Positions 25,270 to 32,000 of a stretch of DNA of 32,000 nucleotides are shown here, in pieces. Location: the NCBI GenBank assembly GCA_965250005.1, contig OZ252279.1, positions 1,320,001 through 1,352,000 on the forward strand. Direction: 5' to 3'. The translations under genes and the position numbers were made by a program. Origin of the DNA: Demequinaceae bacterium (GTDB lineage: Bacteria; Actinomycetota; Actinomycetes; Actinomycetales; Demequinaceae). The notes beneath the pieces are model-generated. The model had not been told where the DNA came from. It saw nothing but the letters and a program-made list of their open reading frames with translations, and searched no databases. Position 1 is the stretch's first letter. Every line of letters begins with the position of its first letter.

Positions 25270-25281
25270 TAACCTGGCGTC
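25270..25281 (+). promoter_or_regulatory. Candidate leaderless promoter -10 for the TfoX-N gene
   Basis: TAACCT (25270..25275), then 6 nt, then the ATG at 25282. Confidence 0.4.
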
Positions 25282-25596
25282 ATGACCACATCCAAGGATT
25301 TCGTCGCCTATATCCTCGAGCAACTGGAACCACTTCCCGTTCGCGCCCGCGCTATGTTCGGCGAGTACGGACTGTATTGCGACGAGAAAATCGTCGCCCT
25401 CATCTGCAACGACACCGTCTTCCTGAAGCCGACGCCCGCCTCCCAAGCCTTGCCCGACGGGCCGCCGTACGAGGGCGCGAAGGACTACAAGGTTGTGGCC
25501 GCGGACACCCTCGAAGACTCGGCAGCGCTACGTGCTCTGGTTCAGGCGACCGCCGAAGCCCTCCCCGCGCCCAAACCGAAAAAGCCCAAGCACTAG
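25282..25596 (+). CDS. TfoX/Sxy N-terminal-domain family protein
   Basis: FVAYILEQLEPLPVRARAMFGEYGLYCDEKIVALICNDTVFLK matches the TfoX_N pattern; 104 aa. Confidence 0.75.
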   Translation: MTTSKDFVAYILEQLEPLPVRARAMFGEYGLYCDEKIVALICNDTVFLKPTPASQALPDGPPYEGAKDYKVVAADTLEDSAALRALVQATAEALPAPKPKKPKH

Positions 25597-25613
25597 GCGC
25601 ACAAGCGCGTGCG

Positions 25614-25625
25614 TAGGATGTGCCC
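25614..25625 (+). promoter_or_regulatory. Candidate leaderless promoter -10 for the lipoprotein gene
   Basis: TAGGAT (25614..25619), then 6 nt, then the ATG at 25626. This favours 25626 over the GTG at 25620. Confidence 0.4.
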
Positions 25626-26477
25626 ATGACGTCCATCACACGCCACCTAGCGGTGCTCGGGCTGGCAATTGTCGCGCTCACCGGCTGCACTGACTCGGAT
25701 GGCGACACCGTTGACGTATTCCTGTCCGTCTCAGCAGACACAGCCGTCTACTCGGGCGATGCGGCCACCGGCACGCTGACTCTCACCGGGATTGACCACG
25801 GTGTCGTCTTCCTCACGCTCTCCCCCGAGCGCGAGGCCTGGACCGGCAGCCCAGCCGAGGTCCCGGACCTCTTCGCCGATCAGTCGCTCAATTCCGTTGT
25901 CCTACTGGAGGCATCGGGCGAGGCCGTCGCGCTCGCGCTCACCGAGCCCAGTTTTGACCAGAACTCCGGCACCCTTACATTTGCGACCGCGGCACTCGCG
26001 AACCTCGATATGACCGACTCGCTGAACGTCCACAACGATGCTCTTGTAGCCGCGAGTGCCGGCGACTGGGGGTCCGTCAACCTATTCGTCGACCCTGTCA
26101 CCACTACGCGCAAGACCCCGGGTGTGTACATCGCAACCGCGCCGAACGAATGCCAGCTTGTCGTCGTCAATAACCTCCCATTCCAGACTGTGACGGTTTC
26201 TGCCGTGAGCCCCGCGGACGCAAGCGCCTGGACAATCGTGCCGAATGTCGGAGATCAAGTCCCTGAGAAAGGGACGCTGACCGCCACGGCCGTGGCGTGC
26301 GACGACGACAACCCCGCGAGCATCACCCTTGAACTTGGCGGTGATCGCGACGAGCAGGCGCGGCTTACCATCCAGGCTGGCTCTGTCACGCTCTCGTACA
26401 CCGGAGTCGCAGACGAATTCGAGGTGAACTACACGATCAGTGAGTCCACTGTGACGCTCAACCGCTGGGTGCCGTAG
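25626..26477 (+). CDS. Lipoprotein of unknown function
   Basis: Signal peptide MTSITRHLAVLGLAIVALTGC with lipobox LTGC. Acidic, Thr/Val-rich mature part. Confidence 0.7.
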   Translation: MTSITRHLAVLGLAIVALTGCTDSDGDTVDVFLSVSADTAVYSGDAATGTLTLTGIDHGVVFLTLSPEREAWTGSPAEVPDLFADQSLNSVVLLEASGEAVALALTEPSFDQNSGTLTFATAALANLDMTDSLNVHNDALVAASAGDWGSVNLFVDPVTTTRKTPGVYIATAPNECQLVVVNNLPFQTVTVSAVSPADASAWTIVPNVGDQVPEKGTLTATAVACDDDNPASITLELGGDRDEQARLTIQAGSVTLSYTGVADEFEVNYTISESTVTLNRWVP

Positions 26478-26509
26478 ATCGACACCGGTGCGGCCGCCTC
26501 GCCCCCCGC

Positions 26510-26950
26510 CTAGTTCGCAGCGAGGATGTCCACGACGAACACAAGTGTCGACCCCGGCGGGATCGGACCCATGTTCTTGTTGCCATAGCCCTTCTCGGGC
26601 GGCACCACGAGCAGTACCTGCGAACCCACGGGCTGGCCTACGAGTCCGTCGACCCACCCATCGATGAGCGAGCCGCGCGCGATCACGAACGAGATGGATT
26701 CTCCGCGGCCCCATGAGGAGTCGAACGATGCGCCATCCCAGAGCCAACCGGAGTAATGCACGGTGATGGAGTTGCCTTCCGCGACGGGAGCTCCCGCACC
26801 CGCGATGAGCGGCTGCACGATGAGCTCGGCGGGCTTAGCCTGCCCGGCGTACGCGACGGATGGTTCGCCGTTGGGCGCGAGCGTGACGGAGGGAATGGTG
26901 GCAGGAACTTCAACGGGGGTTCCCGAGGCGCGCTCAGCGGTAGGAGTCAT
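26510..26950 (-). CDS. FKBP-type peptidyl-prolyl cis-trans isomerase
   Basis: VHYSGWLWDGASFDSSWGRGESISFVI...LIDGWVDGL...VVPPEKGYG...IPPGSTLVFVVDIL. Confidence 0.9.
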   Translation of the reverse strand: MTPTAERASGTPVEVPATIPSVTLAPNGEPSVAYAGQAKPAELIVQPLIAGAGAPVAEGNSITVHYSGWLWDGASFDSSWGRGESISFVIARGSLIDGWVDGLVGQPVGSQVLLVVPPEKGYGNKNMGPIPPGSTLVFVVDILAAN

Positions 26951-26994
26951 GCCCCTACTTTAGCCACCGGGCAACGCGCGGCTAGGCTCACACC
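26951..26994. promoter_or_regulatory. 44-bp bidirectional promoter region with back-to-back leaderless -10 boxes
   Basis: Minus strand: TAAAGT (plus coordinates 26957..26962), then 6 nt, then the FKBP ATG at 26950. Plus strand: TAGGCT (26983..26988), then 6 nt, then the antiporter ATG at 26995. TTAGCC (26960..26965) sits 17 nt upstream of TAGGCT. Inverted repeat TAGCC-N14-GGCTA. Confidence 0.45.
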
Positions 26995-28767
26995 ATGCAT
27001 GCTGCGACCACCTTGGTCATCATCGTGGTCGCCGGCCTCGTCGCCCAGTGGATCGCGAGCCGCCTGCGCCTGCCCGGGATACTCCTCATGATCGGGGCTG
27101 GCATCGTCCTTGGCCCGGTTACGGGCGTCGTTCAAATCCACACCGAGCAGGCCGAACTGACCGAGCTCATCGGCTTGGGCGTCGCGATCATCCTGTTCGA
27201 GGGCGCCCTGGACCTTCGGCTAGCTGAGTTCCGACGCGTTGGCTCTGGCGTCCGGCGGCTCACCGTGGTGGGCGCGCCGCTCGCATGGGGGCTCGGCACG
27301 GTTGCTGCGCACCACGTGGGCGGGCTTGACTGGCCCACAGCTTGGGTGCTCGGCGCCATCCTTGTCGTCACCGGGCCCACGGTCATATTGCCGCTGCTGC
27401 GCCAAGAACGCCTCGCCAAGACAACGGGCTCGCTCCTCAAGTGGGAGGGAATCGTCAACGACCCGATCGGCGTCTTGCTTGCAGTCCTGACCTTCCAGTA
27501 CTTCACGCTCGCCGGCGGTGGCCTGCCTGACGCAGCGCTAGGTCTAGGGAAGGCGATCATCGCTGCGGTGGTGCTCGGCGGAGGCATCGGCTTCGTCGTC
27601 GCTCAGGTGTTCCGCCGCGGCTGGGTCAGCGCGCACCTCAAGGCGCCGCTGCTAATGGTCATTGTGCTTTCCGTCTTCTGGGGTTCGAACCAAGTCCAAC
27701 ACGAGGCCGGGCTGCTCGCGGTGACCGTCATGGGAGTGGTCGTCGGGAACAGCAAGTTGGTCGAGCGCGCGCGGATCCTTCACTTCAAGTCGAGCCTCAC
27801 GGTCGTCTTGCTCGCCATCCTATTCATCGTGATCCCTACGCAGCTGACGCTCGACGACGTCCGCGCCCTCGACTGGCGGGCCGCCGCCTTCGTTGCGGTG
27901 GTGCTGTTCGTGCTCCGCCCCGCAACCGTATGGCTCGCCACGATTGGCGCGGGAGTCGGCTGGCGCGACCGCCTACTGCTCGGCTGGATCGCGCCACGCG
28001 GGATTGTGGCGGCCGCCACCGCGGGCGTGTTCGGTCCAGCTCTTGTACTCGCGGGCCACGAAGACGCCGCGGCGCTGTTGCCCATCGTGTTCTCCGTGAT
28101 CGCGGTGACCGTCTTACTGCACGGGTTCACCCTTGGTCCGCTCGCTCGCCGCCTCGGCCTCGCCGCGGGTGCCCGCAACGGATTGCTCATTATCGGATCG
28201 TCAACGTTCGCGCTCCAGCTCGCCAAGGCGCTGGCGAAAGCCGACGTGCCCGTGCTGGTCGCGGATGGCTCGTACCGCCGCTCCGAGCCCCTGCGTCGCG
28301 CTGGTGTAGACGTGTGGGCGGGAGAAATTCTCTCTGAGCACGGCGAGCACGATTTCGACACTAGCCATCTCAGCCACGCCCTCGCGGCTACCGACAATGA
28401 CTACTACAACGCGATCGCGGCCCGATCTCAGACCGCTGCGTTCGGGTCCAATCGCAGCCTTCAACTCGCCATGCAGCCGGAGAACCAGAGCCTGCCGATC
28501 GAGCGCCGAGGACACTACGCATTCGACCGCACTCTCGACTTCTTCGAGCTCCAGGAGCGACTCGACGCCGGGTGGGAGGTGCGCGGCATGGAGGTGACTG
28601 CCGACGGCTGGGAAGCCGACGCCGCCGCGCTGGGCGAACCAGAGTCGGACTGGATGCTGCTCGCGAGCGTCACTTCAGCGGGAGCTCTTCGTGTCCACTC
28701 TTACGCGCACCCAACCACGCCGCGCCCCGAGTGGACCGCGATCGTGTTCGCGGCACCGAGCGACTAG
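26995..28767 (+). CDS. Cation:proton antiporter (CPA1, NhaP-type) with a C-terminal cytoplasmic regulatory domain
   Basis: About 11-12 TM helices over about 400 aa, typical of Na+/H+ exchangers. A Rossmann-like GLLIIGSSTFALQLAKALAKADVPVLVAD segment follows. Confidence 0.88.
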   Translation: MHAATTLVIIVVAGLVAQWIASRLRLPGILLMIGAGIVLGPVTGVVQIHTEQAELTELIGLGVAIILFEGALDLRLAEFRRVGSGVRRLTVVGAPLAWGLGTVAAHHVGGLDWPTAWVLGAILVVTGPTVILPLLRQERLAKTTGSLLKWEGIVNDPIGVLLAVLTFQYFTLAGGGLPDAALGLGKAIIAAVVLGGGIGFVVAQVFRRGWVSAHLKAPLLMVIVLSVFWGSNQVQHEAGLLAVTVMGVVVGNSKLVERARILHFKSSLTVVLLAILFIVIPTQLTLDDVRALDWRAAAFVAVVLFVLRPATVWLATIGAGVGWRDRLLLGWIAPRGIVAAATAGVFGPALVLAGHEDAAALLPIVFSVIAVTVLLHGFTLGPLARRLGLAAGARNGLLIIGSSTFALQLAKALAKADVPVLVADGSYRRSEPLRRAGVDVWAGEILSEHGEHDFDTSHLSHALAATDNDYYNAIAARSQTAAFGSNRSLQLAMQPENQSLPIERRGHYAFDRTLDFFELQERLDAGWEVRGMEVTADGWEADAAALGEPESDWMLLASVTSAGALRVHSYAHPTTPRPEWTAIVFAAPSD

Positions 28768-28885
28768 GCCCGCGCCAAATCCGCCTGGACTAGCTCGCCA
28801 GCGTTTGTGTGCCGCCCGCTCCCAGGCCCCGCTGGAGGAACCGTGGAAGCGAGCAAACTCGGAAGACTCGACCAAATCAGCAGAT

Positions 28886-29545
28886 TCAGGTCGTCCCGAC
28901 GATCTCTCGCCCCTGAGTCGCCTCGTTGGCCGTCGAGATTCCATCGAGGATGTAGCGCAGCCCAATCAGGAACCCGTCGCCTCCAGGTTGGATGACTCCC
29001 ATGTGCTGGGCAACGTGCTCCATGAGCCACGGCATTTCGTTTGAATCGACCTCTCGAAGCATCTGCTCCGCGTGGGCGGCCAATTCGCTGTTGTCGCGAA
29101 ACTCGTTTACCTGCCAAGCGTGACCGTAAATGTGCCCGTCAATGATGTGGTGGGCGTGGAAGGCGACGTCCGCGCTGATTCCTGCCCGGCGCATGTGGCC
29201 CAACTGCGCATTAATCACCCGGATGCGCGGGAGCCCACCCATGGTGACGGGCAGGTCGAAGAACCACGAGTTTGCCACCAGGACGTCGTGGGCGGAAACA
29301 GCCAAGCGCTCGAGGCCAACCCGCCAGTCAGGCTCGTCGTCTGCGTGGTCGACCAAATCCCACAGGTGGTCCACGAGGCCGGTGTGAAGGTCGGCCTTGT
29401 TGTCAACGTGGTTGTAGAGCGACATTGCCTCGACGTCGAGATCAGCGGCAAGCCTCCGCATGGTAAGTGCGTTGAGCCCCTCGCCCGCGACAAGAGCCGC
29501 CGCCGCGTCAATCACCGCCGTTCTCGTGAGCCCTGCTCGCACCAC
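28886..29545 (-). CDS. TetR family transcriptional regulator (tetracycline-repressor-like C-terminal domain)
   Basis: HTH region LTRTAVIDAAAALVAGEGLNALTMRRLAADLDVEAMSLYNHVDNKADL. GTG start with GGGAGG 6 nt upstream. Confidence 0.85.
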   Translation of the reverse strand: MVRAGLTRTAVIDAAAALVAGEGLNALTMRRLAADLDVEAMSLYNHVDNKADLHTGLVDHLWDLVDHADDEPDWRVGLERLAVSAHDVLVANSWFFDLPVTMGGLPRIRVINAQLGHMRRAGISADVAFHAHHIIDGHIYGHAWQVNEFRDNSELAAHAEQMLREVDSNEMPWLMEHVAQHMGVIQPGGDGFLIGLRYILDGISTANEATQGREIVGTT

Positions 29546-29560
29546 ATTTTCCTCCCTCGC

Positions 29561-29613
29561 TTGACGTGCTTACATCGTAAGTCTATCCTGATGATCGTTA
29601 CTTACACCGTAAG
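29561..29613 (+). promoter_or_regulatory. SigA-type promoter TTGACG-N17-TATCCT with two CTTAC-N3-GTAAG operator palindromes
   Basis: -35 at 29561..29566 and -10 at 29584..29589. Palindrome 1 is CTTACatcGTAAG (29569..29581, within the spacer). Palindrome 2 is CTTACaccGTAAG (29601..29613, downstream of the predicted TSS). AGGAGG RBS at 29616..29621. Confidence 0.6.
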
Positions 29614-29627
29614 CCAGGAGGCTACCC

Positions 29628-30605
29628 ATGAAGGCGCTCACCTATGACCGCTACACCGCTCCGGACGGGCTCGCCCTCTCCGAGATCGCGGCGCCCGTAC
29701 CGAAGTCTGACGAGATCCTTGTCCGTGTGGAAGCGAGTTCTCTCAACGCATACGACTGGCACATGTACCGAGGTAGCCCAAAGATCATGCGGCTCGCCAC
29801 CGGACTGCGCGTGAAGCAACCGCGTATCGTGGCGGCCGACTTCGCCGGGACAGTCGTGGCAGTCGGTGCCGACGTCACTGCTTTTGAGAAGAGCGACCGC
29901 ATCATGGCGTCCGCCGGCCACGGTGGCTTCGCCGAGTTCGCGACCGCCACAGCCAGTTGCGCGGTAACGATCGCCACGGGCGTTTCCTTCGAACGGGCAG
30001 CCGCAACTCCCATGGCGGGGCTCACCAGTCTCCAGGCTCTCCGCGACACGGGCGGACTCAGGAGCGGCGAGCGCGTCCTCATATGGGGCGCCTCTGGGGG
30101 CGTCGGCCACCTGGCCGTACAGATCGCCGGACTGCTCAGTGCGTCGGCGGTGCATGCGGTCTGCTCGTCCAAGAACAAGGCGATGGTCACAGAGCAGGGA
30201 GCCACGCGTGTGTTCGACTACGCGAGAGACGACATTACCGCTTCGGGAGAGACCTACGACCTTATTCTGGACACCGTCTCCACACAGCCGATGAACATCT
30301 ACCGGGACCTTCTCGTCGACGGCGGTCAGCTCGTGACAGTCGGCGCAGTCGGTGGAGATGACGGGCCGGGCCCCATCGGCGGCATGATCACCAGGGCCGT
30401 GTCGTCACGACTCAAGGGCGTTGACGCACGCGGGATGCTCGCGAGGACGAAGGCGGACGACCTCGCGATCCTGGCTGGCTGGCTCGCCGACGGCTCGCTC
30501 ACTCCTGTCATAGACAAGAGCTACCCACTGGCCGATGGCGCGAAGGCTTGCATCAAGCTCGAAGGCAGCCACGTGGCGGGCAAGCTGGTCGTGCTCCCGA
30601 ACTGA
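29628..30605 (+). CDS. NAD(P)H-dependent medium-chain dehydrogenase/reductase (quinone-oxidoreductase-like, zinc-independent type)
   Basis: MKALTYDRY...LVRVEASSLNAYDW N-terminus, nucleotide-binding GASGGVGHLAVQIA, C-terminal GHVAGKLVV. Confidence 0.88.
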   Translation: MKALTYDRYTAPDGLALSEIAAPVPKSDEILVRVEASSLNAYDWHMYRGSPKIMRLATGLRVKQPRIVAADFAGTVVAVGADVTAFEKSDRIMASAGHGGFAEFATATASCAVTIATGVSFERAAATPMAGLTSLQALRDTGGLRSGERVLIWGASGGVGHLAVQIAGLLSASAVHAVCSSKNKAMVTEQGATRVFDYARDDITASGETYDLILDTVSTQPMNIYRDLLVDGGQLVTVGAVGGDDGPGPIGGMITRAVSSRLKGVDARGMLARTKADDLAILAGWLADGSLTPVIDKSYPLADGAKACIKLEGSHVAGKLVVLPN

Positions 30606-30680
30606 CCGACTCGCTGGTTGCGGCGCCACGGCGCCGTCCGCCCTCGAGGCGCGCCATGCGCTAGCGAGGAGTACAAACTC

Positions 30681-31721
30681 CTACGCGACGTGCACTCTCG
30701 CACCCGAGAGCGCCCGGAGCGCGAGCTCAACGTCGTCCATGTCGTTGTACAGATAAAAGCCGAGTCGCGCGCGGCCATCACGAGTCGCGGCCTTTATCCC
30801 TGCGGCTTCGAGCGCTCCCGTGTCGACGTTGGCAACAGAAACGATTGCAGAGTTGGACTCGGCTAGACCGAGTCCAACCCGAAGGTCATTTGCGAGACCG
30901 ACGCTGTGCGCATTGACATCCTCGATGCTGTGCCTGGCGAGTGTCTCGAGGGACACGGCGGCGGCCTCCATGATCTGCCACGGCGGCGACGTGTCGAGGC
31001 GACGCGCGTCCTCGCTGAGCCGCAAACGCGGGCCGTATAGCGAATCCCAGGGCGAGTCCGATCCATACCAACTTGCAAGAACGGGACGGATCCAGCGGTT
31101 GTCGGGCCGCACAGCCGCGAGCGCGACTCCGCGCGGAGTACTGAGCCACTTGTAGCCGCCGGCCACGACGACGTCGAATCTAGTCGAGTCGATCGGAAGC
31201 CATCCCGCCGATTGACTCACGTCGATCAGCGTCTTCGCTCCCGCACGGTTCGCGGCATGTGCCAACGCATCAACGTCGATGATGCGCCCATCTGCCGACT
31301 GTGCTGAGCTAACCGCAACCAAATCTACGCTGGGAGTGATGTCGTCAATCAGCCGCTCTAGGTCCACCAGGGTCACCGTGAGCCGCGGATCCGCGAGAAA
31401 CGGACCAAGCACCGAAGTGAAGTCACCGCGGGCCGCGAGCACGTGCGCGCCATCCGGCAGCGAGGCGGCTACCATGCCAACCACCTGAGAGACGGAACCC
31501 CCGAGCGTGACGTCTCGCGCGTGAGACCCGACGATACGCGCATACGCCGCACGAACCCGGGCCACCGACCCGTCCGTCGCCAGCGGATCGAATGTCGCGT
31601 CGCCCCACGCTCGCGCGGACGTGACGAGAGCCTCCGTCGCCGCGGTAGGTGGAATCCCAAAGGTTGCTGTGTTGAGATAGCCGAGAATCTTGGGGTAATC
31701 CGCAGCGACATCGAGGTTCAT
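30681..31721 (-). CDS. Class-V aminotransferase fold PLP enzyme (cysteine-desulfurase/isopenicillin-N-epimerase-like)
   Basis: YLNTATFGIPP near the N-terminus and the SSAQSADG / GGYKWLSTPRG region, typical of the class-V fold. The ATG at 31721 is preferred; the longest ORF (to 31910) would run over the divergent LysR-type gene start. 31793 and 31796 are alternatives. Confidence 0.75.
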   Translation of the reverse strand: MNLDVAADYPKILGYLNTATFGIPPTAATEALVTSARAWGDATFDPLATDGSVARVRAAYARIVGSHARDVTLGGSVSQVVGMVAASLPDGAHVLAARGDFTSVLGPFLADPRLTVTLVDLERLIDDITPSVDLVAVSSAQSADGRIIDVDALAHAANRAGAKTLIDVSQSAGWLPIDSTRFDVVVAGGYKWLSTPRGVALAAVRPDNRWIRPVLASWYGSDSPWDSLYGPRLRLSEDARRLDTSPPWQIMEAAAVSLETLARHSIEDVNAHSVGLANDLRVGLGLAESNSAIVSVANVDTGALEAAGIKAATRDGRARLGFYLYNDMDDVELALRALSGARVHVA

Positions 31722-31802
31722 CACACGATCATCGTCCCTCGTGCCACGAACCCGCACAATATCTCTCTTTGCGTACCATGACTTAGATGTCATCATGGTC
31801 TT

Positions 31803-32000
31803 GTGATCGACGTCGACCGGCTCCTCATCCTGCGTGAGGTCGCGCGCCGGGGCTCGAAAGCCGCCGCCGCCCGTGCACTCAACCTCAGCGAGCCGACGGT
31901 GGCCCACCACCTCAAAGCACTCGAGCGCGGGGCAGGCGTCCCTCTCACCGTGCGCGCCGGTCGAATCACCAAGGTCACCGCGGCCGGCGAGGCGCTCGTT
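31803..32000 (+). CDS. LysR-type (HTH) transcriptional regulator, 5' part only (runs off the window)
   Basis: Not in the ORF track because it is open-ended. My translation from the GTG at 31803: MIDVDRLLILREVARRGSKAAAARALNLSEPTVAHHLKALERGAGVPLTVRAGRITKVTAAGEALV. This is an N-terminal winged-HTH pattern. An in-frame TGA lies at 31779..31781 upstream. Confidence 0.65.
   Translation, partial: MIDVDRLLILREVARRGSKAAAARALNLSEPTVAHHLKALERGAGVPLTVRAGRITKVTAAGEALV

Noticed and set aside
24554-25285. 243-aa plus-strand ORF extremely rich in Arg
   Set aside because: It is an alternative frame of the 24630..25235 gene. About one third of its residues are Arg, and the 24630 frame has protein-like composition plus a leaderless-type promoter.
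27682-27691. GGTTCGAACC, a T-loop-like motif suggesting a tRNA
   Set aside because: It lies inside the antiporter coding frame, and I could not fold acceptor, D or anticodon arms around it. No other tRNA-like signature was found in the window.
31722-31910. N-terminal extension of the class-V aminotransferase ORF
   Set aside because: It would run across the start of the divergent LysR-type gene (GTG 31803). The extension has no similarity to the enzyme fold, and YLNTATFG lies close to the ATG at 31721, as expected for this family.

Overview
High-GC (roughly two-thirds G+C) actinobacterial chromosomal window, densely packed with about 32 protein-coding genes. I found no rRNA, tRNA, CRISPR array, transposase or integrase. 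Gene order from the left: a frame-disrupted mutY, a Pro/Thr-linker membrane protein, radA, a proline-rich membrane protein, a TetR regulator with a two-gene ABC-2 exporter, and proC. Next comes a cell-envelope glycan locus (7.4-20.4 kb) with two GT-B glycosyltransferases and a complete five-enzyme set resembling the WbpA/B/E/D/I route to UDP-2,3-diacetamido-2,3-dideoxy-mannuronic acid. Inside that locus sits one 1608-aa secreted protein that fuses a PGRP-type MurNAc-L-Ala amidase, a SpoIID/LytB domain and about 13 FG-GAP/VCBS repeats. I consider this the most unusual object in the window. After the locus: an LppM-like lipoprotein, TetR, an ankyrin-repeat protein, a HAD phosphatase, an HNH protein lacking the first catalytic His, a HEAT-like protein, a TfoX-N protein, a lipoprotein, FKBP, a CPA1 antiporter, a TetR/MDR-oxidoreductase divergent pair with a clear operator, a class-V aminotransferase and a partial LysR-type regulator. 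Recurrent fine-scale signals: TANNNT placed exactly 6 nt before the ATG of at least nine genes (leaderless-mRNA architecture), two convergent gene pairs whose stop codons share one palindromic CTAG, and short tandem repeats inside coding regions (9-bp x3 in mutY, 11-bp x2 in a TetR 5' end, GATCC x5 in the HNH 3' end). All functional calls rest on motif recognition in the supplied translations. No database search was run.
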